A stretch of 64,000 nucleotides of DNA, taken from assembly GCA_963772835.1 (NCBI GenBank), contig CAVYYZ010000012.1:96001-160000 (forward strand), in the 5' to 3' direction. Below the pieces are notes generated by a model. It made no database searches, had not been told where the DNA came from, and saw only the letters and a list, made by a program, of their open reading frames with translations. Of the stretch, positions 1 to 10,008 are shown piece by piece (within the stretch, counting starts at the first letter, position 1; every line of letters starts with the position of its first letter). Source of the stretch: an uncultured delta proteobacterium (GTDB lineage: Bacteria > Desulfobacterota > Desulfuromonadia > Geobacterales > Pseudopelobacteraceae). The position numbers and the translations under genes were made by a program.

Positions 1-123
1 AGTTGACAATACGCGCTGTATTCGCTGTTGGTGCTGTCGGGAGCTTTGTCCTCACGATGCCATGGCGACAAAGAGAAGAGTGTTACTCAGTATTCTGATG
101 TGGTTATTCCGGGTGAAAAACGC

Positions 124-864
124 CTAAGATTCATCCTCTTCGGCACCAAGCGGAATTTCACGGTAGGCTCTTTCCTCCTCAACCCGTTTGGTTTGGGCCT
201 GGAGCTTTTCAAGATCAGACTTGCATTTCACACAATGCCGGGTAAAAGGCATTGCTTTAAGTCTTCCAAGAGGAATGTCCTCATCACATTCCTCACAAAT
301 ACCATAATCACCCTCATCAATGCGCAGCAACGCCTCATCGATACTATGAATCTTTTCGCGCTCTCGATCACCGAGCAACAGCCCCAACTCCCGATCACGC
401 TCTGAAGACGCCTGATCATAAATATCTCCACCCGGCTCAATTGCAGCTACCGCTTCCGTACCGTTCTTAACCGATTTCCGGATCTCGCGGAGTGTGTCTT
501 CTTTCAGTTTTTCAAGAATTAACCTGATTTCCTGCCACTTTTTATCCTGATATACCATGGAAGGAATGGCTGGAGCGGCTTGATTAACTTCAATCGTAAC
601 TTTTTGAAGCGTTGTTTTTTCGTCGTTCTCAGCAGTTTTGGAATAGATCTCCTGCCGAGCCTCCGGAGGAACTGTCAAAGGTTGCGGTTTTGATTTTGAA
701 GAGCTTTTTGTTGATTTAGAAACCGCCATCTGCCCCGACTCATGAAGGGTAGAGGTTTCTTTTACTGTACTCGTACCCTTCTTTTTTTCTGATCCCGGTA
801 CAGGTGGTATTACATTCACTGTTTTTGGTACAGACTCTTTGGTTGCGTTAGTTTTTGTCGCCAT
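124..864 (-). CDS. dksA: DksA/TraR C4 zinc-finger protein with long low-complexity N-terminal extension
   Basis: Coiled coil with DIYDQA (DxxDxA) tip; YGICEEC...RHCVKC zinc finger; first ~105 aa are K/T/S/P-rich. Confidence 0.85.
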   Translation of the reverse strand: MATKTNATKESVPKTVNVIPPVPGSEKKKGTSTVKETSTLHESGQMAVSKSTKSSSKSKPQPLTVPPEARQEIYSKTAENDEKTTLQKVTIEVNQAAPAIPSMVYQDKKWQEIRLILEKLKEDTLREIRKSVKNGTEAVAAIEPGGDIYDQASSERDRELGLLLGDREREKIHSIDEALLRIDEGDYGICEECDEDIPLGRLKAMPFTRHCVKCKSDLEKLQAQTKRVEEERAYREIPLGAEEDES

Positions 865-1012
865 AATGTATCATCTCCGCGTGCTGGATAGAAGTAGCAT
901 AACCTTAAAAAACGGCGGCAAACTATCACAAATTACGGATGATTTGTCAAGCTCTGCGTAACAGGGAAGACGCGTATATTCTGTGTGAAGCCTTCTGCCT
1001 TGGAGATACATG

Positions 1013-1066
1013 AAAATAAAAATAAAAAGACCACACTGGAGGCCATGTACGGCAGATCCAATGTGG
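1013..1066 (-). terminator. Probable intrinsic terminator after pal
   Basis: Arms CCACACTGGA/TCCAATGTGG followed by a T-rich tract on the minus strand. Confidence 0.55.
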
Positions 1067-1092
1067 CCTGAAGTAGTTGTAGATTTTATTAC

Positions 1093-1650
1093 CTATTTAA
1101 CGGCAACAAATTCTGCCCGTCTATTTTTTGCCCAGGCAGCTTCGTCATTCCCGATAACGGCAGGTTTTTCTTTGCCATAGCTGATAACGGAGAGGTTTTC
1201 AGATTTAACGCCTAGAGTCGTTAAATACTTCTGGACAGAGCTTGCACGTCGCTCACCAAGTGCCAGGTTGTATTCAGCCGAACCGCGCTCATCACAATGT
1301 CCTTCGATCTGAACCTTTCCACCGGCCATCGATTTAAGAATCATTTCAGCATTTTTTGAGAGCACATCACGCGCATCCTGACGAAGATCCGATTTATCAA
1401 AATCAAAATAAACGGTTTCAAATTTAATTTCAACAGGCGCAGGTTTTGGAGCAATCGTCTCCACCGGTGCAGCCTGTACCGGCTTTGCCTGTTCGACAGG
1501 TTTGGCCGCTTCAACCGGCTTGGCCGGCTCGACTTTTGCCACAGGGACAACCGGCTCTTCCTTTTTAACTGTTTCCTTGTTTGCACAGCCACCAGCAAGT
1601 AATGCGACCATACTGACACCTGCCAACAACGCTACCAATTTACCATTCAT
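1093..1650 (-). CDS. pal: Peptidoglycan-associated lipoprotein Pal
   Basis: Lipobox LAGGC; OmpA-like domain (YFDFDKS, EGHCDERGSAEYNLALGERRA, KNRRAE); start moved to MNGKLV, which has a GGAG RBS. Confidence 0.95.
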   Translation of the reverse strand: MNGKLVALLAGVSMVALLAGGCANKETVKKEEPVVPVAKVEPAKPVEAAKPVEQAKPVQAAPVETIAPKPAPVEIKFETVYFDFDKSDLRQDARDVLSKNAEMILKSMAGGKVQIEGHCDERGSAEYNLALGERRASSVQKYLTTLGVKSENLSVISYGKEKPAVIGNDEAAWAKNRRAEFVAVK

Positions 1651-1779
1651 ACTGACTCCTGTTCTGCAAAAATGAGGCGCAATGCCTTGGATATTACACG
1701 TGAAACGATTATACATAACAGCGTTAGTATTGCAATAGATAATAAAACAATCCCTCTGTAATGATTCCATTAAGCATCA

Positions 1780-3060
1780 TCAGTACGCTGACCAGACGGG
1801 TTGGAAATACCCCCCTTTCCCTTGAGAAACTTTAATCTGACCGGTCCCGTCGGAGCGCATTACATAAATCCCGGACTCACTTCTCCGCCTGGAACTGAAA
1901 CAGATAAAACGACCATCGGCAGACCAGGAGGGATTTTCATTATTGCCATCAAAGGTAAGTTGAGTATCCGAAGAACCATCCGGAGAAATGGTAAAAATAT
2001 TGAACCCCCCACTCGTCATCCTCGAGTATGCTACTCTATCACCTTTTGGAGACCAGCGGGGATTAACGTTGTAGCTGCCGGATGTAGTCAATCGCCTGAC
2101 AGCACCTCCATCGGCATTCATGATAAATATCTGCGGCTTCCCCAGACGATCCGACACAAAAGCGATCTGTCTGCCGTCCGGTGACCAGGCCGGGTAGAGA
2201 TCAAGAGCAGGATTAATAGTTAATCTGGCTGGATGACTGCCATCCTTATCAAGAGTATATATCTCAGCATCTCCATCCTTGCTGAGTGCAAGCGCAATTT
2301 TACTGCCATCAGGTGACCAACTGCCGGTTATATTCAGCCCCTTGCGACGAGAAAGCGCAACTTCAGCCGTATTTGAAAGCGAGCGGCGATATAAATCCGG
2401 GTTGCCTCGTTTATATGATGTGAAGATGATCTCCCTACCATCCGGAGAAAAATTCGGGTTCAGGTTGATAGAGCCGTTTTTTGTCAAAGGGAGTGGATTA
2501 TAACCGTCCCAATCCATGACGTATATTTCCTTATTACCGGTTTGAGTAGATACAAAGGCGATCCTGGTGGTAAATATACCCTTTTCACCGGTAATTGCCC
2601 GAAGAAGTTCATCAGAAAACAAGTGACTGAATCGGCGAATGTCTTTTGCCGTGCCGAGATACCGTTTTTCGGTTATTATGTTGCGGTTGACAACATCAAT
2701 GAGGCGAAAATCAATTGTCAACCTTTCACCTACTAGACTGTATTCACCTCGAACCAACAGGTCGAATCCCTTACTCCGCCACGGTACAAAATCAACCTCT
2801 GTCATTACCTTATTTGATACAGCCGTCTGTGGCGGCTGGCTTTCTGCGGTGACAATACCGGACATATTCATATCAGCGGCGATTACATCTGTGACCAGCG
2901 TGGTAATCCCTGAATTTACTGGTACGTCAAGTGCGTTCGGCGGCTCTACGGCCATCTTCAACAGACGATTACCCGGAGCACTGACTTCTATATAACCGGA
3001 CTGGGCACACAGCAGCCCTGGTGAGATAGTGAAAAAAAGAATTATCAGGAATATTTTCAT
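1780..3060 (-). CDS. tolB: Tol-Pal beta-propeller protein TolB
   Basis: Signal peptide, TRIAFVS, repeated P-x-WSPDG (PD40) motifs; tol operon context. Confidence 0.95.
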   Translation of the reverse strand: MKIFLIILFFTISPGLLCAQSGYIEVSAPGNRLLKMAVEPPNALDVPVNSGITTLVTDVIAADMNMSGIVTAESQPPQTAVSNKVMTEVDFVPWRSKGFDLLVRGEYSLVGERLTIDFRLIDVVNRNIITEKRYLGTAKDIRRFSHLFSDELLRAITGEKGIFTTRIAFVSTQTGNKEIYVMDWDGYNPLPLTKNGSINLNPNFSPDGREIIFTSYKRGNPDLYRRSLSNTAEVALSRRKGLNITGSWSPDGSKIALALSKDGDAEIYTLDKDGSHPARLTINPALDLYPAWSPDGRQIAFVSDRLGKPQIFIMNADGGAVRRLTTSGSYNVNPRWSPKGDRVAYSRMTSGGFNIFTISPDGSSDTQLTFDGNNENPSWSADGRFICFSSRRRSESGIYVMRSDGTGQIKVSQGKGGYFQPVWSAY

Positions 3061-3075
3061 TATGTATCCAGTGTG

Positions 3076-3813
3076 TTATCTTTTTGCCTTGTTAGATATA
3101 CTCTTCGGTTTGAAAACAAAGCCGTTTTCAAAAACAGAACGGTTTGGAGGGGCGGTAAATTTTTCGCTTGCGAGGTCGATAGCCCGCCTGACAGACAGTT
3201 CAAATGCAGCATCACCGCTGCTTCGCTCAATTTTCATACTCATAAGCTTGCCATCGGCACCTATAGTCAATCGCACGACCACTTCCGGATTTTTAGTAGT
3301 GTAGCTGCTCGTTACTTTCAATGCATCTTCAAGCCTTGATTTGATGTAATCCCCATAACGGCTGCCTGCCCCGGCACCTCCGGTTCCAGGAGTAACGACA
3401 GATGGGCCGCTGCCTGCCGTAACCTTTCTTCGCAATTTTTCAAGAACGGTTGCTTCATGACGTGCCTCGTTGCGCCTCTCTAACCGCGCCATCCTTTCAT
3501 CAAAAGCTGATTCGGTTTCAGTGGATTCTCGCGGGGACTCCTTCGCGATGGCTTTTGAAGCCGTTTTGAGCGAAGTTGGCGCCGGAACTGGTAATGGCTC
3601 GGCCTCGACCGGTTTTAAAGCAGGGCTTCCTGAATGGTGGTCGGCGGCAGGTAGATTAACGACGTCCACGTAATAAGTTTCCTGAACAGCCACCTGCTGA
3701 GGAAACATTCTACCCCACCACACCAGCAATAAAAAAACCGCCAGGTGAATGACGGCTGAGGTGATCAAACTGACACCGGCACCGGTGTCCATTTTTGCAA
3801 CACGGGAACTCAT
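3076..3813 (-). CDS. tolA: TolA/TonB family energy transducer
   Basis: N-terminal TM with SxxxH (SAVIH), charged/Pro linker, TonB_C-like C-terminus; sits between tolR and tolB. Confidence 0.8.
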   Translation of the reverse strand: MSSRVAKMDTGAGVSLITSAVIHLAVFLLLVWWGRMFPQQVAVQETYYVDVVNLPAADHHSGSPALKPVEAEPLPVPAPTSLKTASKAIAKESPRESTETESAFDERMARLERRNEARHEATVLEKLRRKVTAGSGPSVVTPGTGGAGAGSRYGDYIKSRLEDALKVTSSYTTKNPEVVVRLTIGADGKLMSMKIERSSGDAAFELSVRRAIDLASEKFTAPPNRSVFENGFVFKPKSISNKAKR

Positions 3814-4226
3814 TATTTTGCAGCCGGTTCCGTTACCATGCCAAGACGTTCAATTCCAGCCCCCTTGATATCGGCCATGGTTCGTACAACCTCGCCATAC
3901 TGCACTCCTGCATCGGCTTTTAAAAACACCTCTTTTTTCGAGCGGGTGGCAAACATACTGGAAAGGCGCTTGCGTAATTCAGCTGCAGGCACCTCCTCCT
4001 TGTCGATAAAGACTTTCCCGTTTTTGTCAACTGAGACAACTACTGACTCCTCGGCAGGAGTCATAGCTTTGGTGTCAGCTTTCGGAAGGTTGACCTGAAC
4101 CCCCTGCTGCATCATCGGTGCGGTCACCATGAAAATAACCAGCAACACCAGCATAACATCAACCAACGGAGTGACGTTTATCTCGGCCATAACGGCACGA
4201 TTATTGTTCTGCCCTCCCATGGCCAT
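3813..4226 (-). CDS. tolR: TolR/ExbD
   Basis: EINVTPLVDVMLVLLVIFMVTAP signature. Confidence 0.95.
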   Translation of the reverse strand: MAMGGQNNNRAVMAEINVTPLVDVMLVLLVIFMVTAPMMQQGVQVNLPKADTKAMTPAEESVVVSVDKNGKVFIDKEEVPAAELRKRLSSMFATRSKKEVFLKADAGVQYGEVVRTMADIKGAGIERLGMVTEPAAK

Positions 4227-4229
4227 GGT

Positions 4230-4901
4230 CTATTTCCCCGCGATATTGCGTTGCACGATATTGAGAAACTCCGTAGAGAAGCTGTCCATCTCATTAATCA
4301 GCACGCGAATTTTATGTTGGAAATGATTGTAGGCCATGACTGCCGGTATGGCTGCAACGAGACCGATGGCAGTAGCGATCAGCGCCTCGGCAATACCGGG
4401 AGCGACAACAGCCAGCGAAGCGGAACCGGTCTTACCGATACCTTCAAAAGCAGTCATTATGCCCCAGACGGTTCCGAACAGACCGATAAAAGGTGATGTG
4501 GATCCGGTTGTTGCAAGGAACGTCAGATACTTTTCAAGCCGGGTTATCTCGGAATTCGTTGCACGCCGCAGTGCGCGAGAAACATTCTCAACCCCCCCAA
4601 GATCTGTGCTTAGAGCGCTACCATCGCTCCTGCTATCGTTTTCAACAACTTTCTTAAGCTCGCTGTACCCCTCATTAAAGAGAACCGTTAGCGGAGAGTT
4701 GGCAAATCGGTCTACCTGGGATGCGATTGAGTCAAACCGCTTGGACTTCCAGAAAAAATCCATAAAAAGTTCAGATTCGCTTTTAGCCCGCTGAACCTGA
4801 AAAAATTTGAACAGTATGATTGCCCACGAAACAACCGAAAATGAAAACAGCAACAAGAGGACAAGCTTAACAATAATGCCTGCGCCGAGGATTATGGCCA
4901 C
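4230..4901 (-). CDS. tolQ: TolQ/ExbB proton channel
   Basis: FLATTGSTSPFIGLFGTVWGIM...APGIAEALIATA; GTG start at 4901 preceded by GGAGG. Confidence 0.93.
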   Translation of the reverse strand: MAIILGAGIIVKLVLLLLFSFSVVSWAIILFKFFQVQRAKSESELFMDFFWKSKRFDSIASQVDRFANSPLTVLFNEGYSELKKVVENDSRSDGSALSTDLGGVENVSRALRRATNSEITRLEKYLTFLATTGSTSPFIGLFGTVWGIMTAFEGIGKTGSASLAVVAPGIAEALIATAIGLVAAIPAVMAYNHFQHKIRVLINEMDSFSTEFLNIVQRNIAGK

Positions 4902-5113
4902 GGATGATACCTCCACAAAGTTAGAAACCACAAAACCGTAGTACTTTCAAACAGTCAAGTCAAGACAAAACAGGTGAATCCCGTGTGAATTGGAGAAGAA
5001 CTTTTCAGGAGATTTTCGGCATAGAACGGTTTCGCTAGAGCACGTATCTAGACTTCTCTTGCCTCGCAATTTGCCCGTTTGCATACGTACCCTGTGTATC
5101 ACATCTGGACTTT

Positions 5114-6310
5114 TTAAAGTTTCGCTAATTGCGCAGCGACATGATCGAGAATGACCCCGGCCAATTGATCCTTGGACATCAAGCCGCACTGAAAGCTGCC
5201 GCCATCCTTAGACAATAGCAATGCCCTGTTTGTATCCACATTGAAACCGGCATCAGGCTGACTGACGTCATTGGCAATTATCATATCCACATTCTTCTCA
5301 TTCAGTTTCTTTGCCGCGTTTTCAGATAACGCATCGGTCTCTGCAGCAAATCCAACAAGAAACGGTCGCCTGTTCATGGCACCCAGTCCGGCAAGAATAT
5401 CAGGGTTTTTAACCAGTTCGAGAGTAATTGAATCTGCCTTTTTCTTGATTTTCGTACTGTTCCTCAGTAATGGACGATAGTCAGCTACCGCCGCCGCCTT
5501 GATAACTACATCACATTCGGTCGCATGTGCCATTACTTCACGCTGCATCTCGGTAGCGCATATAACCGGGATGACGTGGACTCCTTCCGGTATGGTCAAA
5601 GATGTCGGTCCACTGATCAATAGCACACGTGCTCCTCGTTGCATTGCTGCCCGTGCCAGTGCATAACCCATCTTGCCGGATGAATGGTTGCTTATGTAGC
5701 GGACTGGGTCGATCTCCTCACGAGTAGGTCCTGCGGTGATCATAATAGTGCGCCCTGCCAGATCTTTCGGGCTCAGCACTGCAACGGCCATTTCGAATAT
5801 TGTCTCCGGAGATGATAGCTTGCCTTCTCCTTCCCAACCACAAGCCAGACTCCCGCTGACCGGAGCTACAAACTGATAGCCGAAACGCCGCAGCTTATCT
5901 TCGTTTTCCTGATAGATCGGATTATTGTACATGTTCACATTCATCGCGGGAGCAAACATCACCGGAGCTTTGCAGGCCATGACGGTCGTCGTGAGCATAT
6001 CGTCGGCGATGCCCGCAGCTATTTTACCGATAATGTTGGCCGTAGCCGGCGCAACAATGAACAGGTCGGCGCGGTCCGCAAGAGATATATGCCCGATTTC
6101 CCGCTCATCAATCAGGTTAAACAGTCCAATATGGACCGGGTTCGATGACAATGTTTGGAAAGTAAGCGGGGCGACGAACTCCTGGGCGGCTCTTGTCATG
6201 ATCACATGAACATCAGCACCTGCCTTGGTCAATAGACGTAGAAGCTCAATCGCCTTGTAGGCAGCTATTCCACCGCATACACCCAGAATTATCGTTTTAT
6301 CCCGTAACAT
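5114..6310 (-). CDS. coaBC: Bifunctional phosphopantothenoylcysteine decarboxylase / phosphopantothenate-cysteine ligase
   Basis: GGIAAYK, PAMNVNMY, TAGPTREEIDPVRYISNHSSGKMG, VGFAAET. Confidence 0.97.
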   Translation of the reverse strand: MLRDKTIILGVCGGIAAYKAIELLRLLTKAGADVHVIMTRAAQEFVAPLTFQTLSSNPVHIGLFNLIDEREIGHISLADRADLFIVAPATANIIGKIAAGIADDMLTTTVMACKAPVMFAPAMNVNMYNNPIYQENEDKLRRFGYQFVAPVSGSLACGWEGEGKLSSPETIFEMAVAVLSPKDLAGRTIMITAGPTREEIDPVRYISNHSSGKMGYALARAAMQRGARVLLISGPTSLTIPEGVHVIPVICATEMQREVMAHATECDVVIKAAAVADYRPLLRNSTKIKKKADSITLELVKNPDILAGLGAMNRRPFLVGFAAETDALSENAAKKLNEKNVDMIIANDVSQPDAGFNVDTNRALLLSKDGGSFQCGLMSKDQLAGVILDHVAAQLAKL

Positions 6311-6325
6311 ATAATAGGCTCCGCC

Positions 6326-6949
6326 TCAGAAATATGGATTGCATTTTTTTTCGTGACCAATGGTAGTCATCGGGCCATGTCCAGGATAGGCACGCGTATC
6401 GTCAGAAAGCGTAAACAGCTTTATGCGAATCGATTCCAACAACTGCTCGTGTGACCCTCCCGGCAGGTCGGTACGACCGATTGAGTCCGCGAAAAGTGTA
6501 TCGCCTGTAATAACAGTATTCTCTTTTTCGATGAGAAGACAGCAGCCTCCCTGTGTGTGGCCTGGAGTATGCAGCACTTTAATAGTGCAACCGCCGAAAT
6601 TTATTTCCATTCCATCATACAGAAATTCATCCGGTTCCGGTGAATTTTCACCTGTCATGCCGTACATACCCGCCACTTCAGCAACCTTGCCAAGCAGGTA
6701 CGCATCAGCCTGGTGAATAAGGAGGCGAGCGTCAAAAGATGTTATCGCACGCCTGTTACCGCCTATATGATCAAAATGGCCGTGGGTGTTGATGATTTTA
6801 CTGACATTCAGCCCGTGTTTCCGGACCGCTTTTTCGATCAACTCTACATCTCCACCCGGGTCAACGACAATTCCTTCATGACTGCTTTCGCACCCAAGCA
6901 CAAAACAGTTGACCGAAAGCGGCCCTACAGCTATCTCCTCAAGTATCAT
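6326..6949 (-). CDS. MBL-fold metallo-hydrolase (glyoxalase II-like)
   Basis: THGHFDHIGG, HTPGHT, GDTLF, PGHG motifs; start at MILEE with GGGAG RBS. Confidence 0.9.
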   Translation of the reverse strand: MILEEIAVGPLSVNCFVLGCESSHEGIVVDPGGDVELIEKAVRKHGLNVSKIINTHGHFDHIGGNRRAITSFDARLLIHQADAYLLGKVAEVAGMYGMTGENSPEPDEFLYDGMEINFGGCTIKVLHTPGHTQGGCCLLIEKENTVITGDTLFADSIGRTDLPGGSHEQLLESIRIKLFTLSDDTRAYPGHGPMTTIGHEKKCNPYF

Positions 6950-7024
6950 ATTTTTCTCCCCTGTTATTGACTTCAATCATGAAACTGCTACAATGGCCTC
7001 CAGATGGTTATGAAGGGATTACTT

Positions 7025-7213
7025 ATGGACAGGAAAGCTTTTGTAGACCAAGATAACTGCATCAGTTGCGGCCTGTGCGTTTCAATCTGTCCTGCCGTGT
7101 TTCGTTTTAACAGTTCCGGCAAATCAGAGGCGTACGACCCGTCCGGCGCGTCTGAAAAAGATATTCAACAGGCAATTGACGGCTGCCCGGTGCAATGCAT
7201 CAGCCTGGAATGA
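7025..7213 (+). CDS. Small monocluster ferredoxin
   Basis: CISCGLC...CP and C-terminal CPVQCI; start could also be 7004. Confidence 0.9.
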   Translation: MDRKAFVDQDNCISCGLCVSICPAVFRFNSSGKSEAYDPSGASEKDIQQAIDGCPVQCISLE

Positions 7214-7239
7214 CACATCACACAGAAAAGGAGTAACAC

Positions 7240-7398
7240 ATGGAACGATGGATCTGCACTATCTGCCAGTATGTCTATGACCCCGCTGTTGGCGATCCTG
7301 ATCGCGGGATTGAGCCTGGCACCTCATTTGAGGCGCTCCCTGACGACTGGAGTTGCCCGCTTTGCGGAGCCGGCAAAGACGTATTCGAAAAAGAATAA
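7240..7398 (+). CDS. Rubredoxin (52 aa; absent from the ORF track)
   Basis: Manual translation [52 protein letters not shown]; two CxxC motifs; AAGGAG RBS. Confidence 0.95.
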   Translation: MERWICTICQYVYDPAVGDPDRGIEPGTSFEALPDDWSCPLCGAGKDVFEKE

Positions 7399-7426
7399 TC
7401 TGTCAGACAGAAAAATGTTACAAATC

Positions 7427-7467
7427 AAGCGAGGAAGCCTACCACACGGAAGGCTTCCTCGCTTTTT
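7427..7467. terminator. Terminator hairpin between convergent rubredoxin and aminotransferase genes
   Basis: AAGCGAGGAAGCCT/AGGCTTCCTCGCTT stem followed by a T run. Confidence 0.75.
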
Positions 7468-7480
7468 CAGAATATCGTTG

Positions 7481-8563
7481 CTATGCCAAATCTGGCATGA
7501 TGGTTACTATCGCGCCAAAAAGTTCGTCCAGATCGGCTCTGGTCATGTCGCCCATGTGCGCGATGCGGAAGGTTTGTCCCTTAATCTTTCCATAACCATC
7601 ATCGAAGGCGAAACCGTATTCTCCCAGCGTTCTCTTGAGAGCGGCAAGATCGATCCCCCGGCTGTTTCGGCTGCAGGTCAGTGTCTGTGAACAATAGCGC
7701 AGCTCCGGAAAAAGCTCGAAACCCCGGTTGGTGACCCACTCCCGTACATAGTCGGCAAGGTCTGCGTGACGTGCCCAGCGAGCCTCAAGACCCTCAGCGA
7801 AGATTCTCTCCAACTGTTTGTCCATGGCAAATATCAGTGATATGCACGGAGTCGACGGGGTATTATTCTTGGTGTCATTGGCGGCAAACTCCATATAGTC
7901 GAAGTAATAGCCACGCCCCTCCATCCCGGAAGCCCTCTGCAGCGCCTTTTCGTTAGCGGTAAATACCGTCAGCCCCGGCGGCAGTGCGAAGGCCTTCTGC
8001 ACCCCGAAAATACAACTGTCTATCCCCAATTCATCAACCGGCACATTCAACGCACTCATTGATGAAACCGTATCGACAATAAACATTACGTCAGGAAATT
8101 TTCTCATGACTTCTGCAATTTCCGCCAGAGGCGACATTACACCGGTGGAGGTTTCGTTATGGATCATCGTCATGCTGTCGTATTTACCGGTGGAAAGCGC
8201 CTTTTCGACCGCTTCAGGAGTAACCGGCTGACCCCAGTCAAAGCGGATTGCATCGGCCGGTTTGCCGCAGCGCAACGTAACATCATGCCATTTGTCGGAA
8301 AAAGCTCCGTTACAAAAGTTAGCACAGCGCGTGCCAACCAGATTGCGGATTGCCCCTTCCATGACACCGAAAGCACTGGATGTGGCTAGGAAAACCCGTT
8401 CTTCTGTGTTCAGCACTTTTTTGAGTCCGGCGGTGACTCTGCCATGCAACTCGGCATATTCCTTCATACGATGGCCTATCATCGGCGTACTCATTGCCGT
8501 TAAAACAGCAGGGTGCACTTCAACAGGTCCGGGGATGAATAGTTTTTTATGCATGTCTTGCAA
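7481..8563 (-). CDS. Class V PLP aminotransferase (alanine-glyoxylate/serine-pyruvate family)
   Basis: LFIPGP, HNETSTGV, VDTVSS, GVQKAFALPPG, FRIAHMG. Confidence 0.9.
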   Translation of the reverse strand: MQDMHKKLFIPGPVEVHPAVLTAMSTPMIGHRMKEYAELHGRVTAGLKKVLNTEERVFLATSSAFGVMEGAIRNLVGTRCANFCNGAFSDKWHDVTLRCGKPADAIRFDWGQPVTPEAVEKALSTGKYDSMTMIHNETSTGVMSPLAEIAEVMRKFPDVMFIVDTVSSMSALNVPVDELGIDSCIFGVQKAFALPPGLTVFTANEKALQRASGMEGRGYYFDYMEFAANDTKNNTPSTPCISLIFAMDKQLERIFAEGLEARWARHADLADYVREWVTNRGFELFPELRYCSQTLTCSRNSRGIDLAALKRTLGEYGFAFDDGYGKIKGQTFRIAHMGDMTRADLDELFGAIVTIMPDLA

Positions 8564-8657
8564 CTCCGTTTTTGAGGTGGGTATGAGATGAATGAAAGGA
8601 TAACAAGGCTAACAAATGAAATTTACAAAGTCAACATTCAGTGAAAAAACCAAAAAA

Positions 8658-8685
8658 CAGGGCGACAGTGGTGACTGTCGCCCTG
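8658..8685 (-). terminator. Intrinsic terminator after the second NrfD module
   Basis: CAGGGCGACAGT/ACTGTCGCCCTG 12-bp stem with T tract on the minus strand. Confidence 0.75.
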
Positions 8686-8710
8686 AAGAGAAATACATTT
8701 GAAACTGCGG

Positions 8711-10006
8711 TCAGTGGGTTGATTCCTCTTTCAGGAAGGCTGGAATAAACATGTTGATAAAATAGAACAGCACAAACGGTGTGACGGCAACCGTGAGGGC
8801 GCCGAAGAGCCCTTCCTTGAAGGTTTCCCAATTATGCGGGATTATCGGCAGGTGATAATCCATGAAACCTGCAAAACTTAAGGAAAACGCCTGACCGCCG
8901 ATAACGACGTTGTAACGCATCATGAAGACACCGAACAGGACCAGAACGGTAGCTACCGTTGTGCGTCGTACCGTTCGCCCCGGCAGTATCATCATAACAA
9001 AAGGAAGCACGTTGCCGATTGCATACTGCAGTACGAATATTTTGACGAAGTCTCGCTCCATAATAACTTCACGCAAAATATCCCAGGATTTGACCTGAGT
9101 GTAGCCGCGGAAGATCAGATCCAGAATTTCGAGGGTCATGGCGGCTATCATGAAATAGAGCAGGTAGTTGGACGAAATCATGACTTCCGTGTGTTTGCTC
9201 GCTTCAAGCTCATCTGCGTCTGGAGCATTGGCATCTTTGGCCCAACGTGCCATCTTGCTTCTGGCCATGTACTTGCGGATTTCCTGAACGATTACGTAAG
9301 TCAGGATACAGAGAGCAACCCCGGAGACAACCGCCGAGCAGATAAATATTACCGGCATCAACGGGGTCATCCAGAGAGCATTCGCCTTGACAGAGCCGAA
9401 GATGAAGCCGGCGTAGCCGTGCAGGAAACAGGCAACAGGGATTCCGATCCCGGCCATTATTTTGCAGGCTTTATGATCCTTTTCAATGGCCTCGGGACTA
9501 ATATCCCATGCTCCCAAGGTAAATGCCTGGAAAACCACCATGCGGAAACTGTCGACCATACCGCGGTTCTGTTTTGCCATCAGCCCCTGAGCCGTTTGAA
9601 CAAAATATTTGCGGTATACCAGCCATATTTCAGTCGCAACAATCGCGGCGTACGTCAGAAACACGATCCCGAACGCAGAAATCGCCGACGTAAAATGAGG
9701 AGTCATCAGAACATTAATACCCCGAAACGGCTGCTGCAGATGCAGCATCAACGGCATCATGGCCACCGGCAATAGTGCGAATGAGAAAACCAGTGAAAAC
9801 CGGGCGATCTCTTTCAATTTTTCAACGCCGAATACGTGATAGAGGGAGGAGAGTACAAAAGCCCCTGCCACGAGTCCGGTCATAAGTGGGTACATGACGA
9901 TCTGTATCGACCAGTAGATGTATTCATTCGGCAGAGTGAACAACTCCTTGACCGTCCATGCTTCCCCGTGAACTTCCATAGCGTGTTGCGCGATTTGTCC
10001 GACCAT
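8711..10006 (-). CDS. NrfD/PsrC family quinol-interacting membrane subunit (CbcU-like)
   Basis: Multi-TM protein; W-x-x-x-I-x-x-Y...GLVAGA, LHLQQPFR, LHGYAGFIF; follows Fe-S and cytochrome genes. Confidence 0.85.
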   Translation of the reverse strand: MVGQIAQHAMEVHGEAWTVKELFTLPNEYIYWSIQIVMYPLMTGLVAGAFVLSSLYHVFGVEKLKEIARFSLVFSFALLPVAMMPLMLHLQQPFRGINVLMTPHFTSAISAFGIVFLTYAAIVATEIWLVYRKYFVQTAQGLMAKQNRGMVDSFRMVVFQAFTLGAWDISPEAIEKDHKACKIMAGIGIPVACFLHGYAGFIFGSVKANALWMTPLMPVIFICSAVVSGVALCILTYVIVQEIRKYMARSKMARWAKDANAPDADELEASKHTEVMISSNYLLYFMIAAMTLEILDLIFRGYTQVKSWDILREVIMERDFVKIFVLQYAIGNVLPFVMMILPGRTVRRTTVATVLVLFGVFMMRYNVVIGGQAFSLSFAGFMDYHLPIIPHNWETFKEGLFGALTVAVTPFVLFYFINMFIPAFLKEESTH

Positions 10007-10008
10007 GG

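Noticed and set aside
4932..5113. c-di-GMP (GEMM-I) riboswitch in the tolQ leader (GGGCAAA on the minus strand) and the 80-aa ORF 4947-5189
   Set aside because: The paired tetraloop/receptor and GACGCAAA-like core are missing; the ORF overlaps coaBC and has no recognisable motif.
7271..7690. 139-aa plus-strand ORF and the many other antisense/overlapping ORFs in the track
   Set aside because: These are shadow frames of well-supported genes (here rubredoxin and the aminotransferase) with no motifs or RBS.
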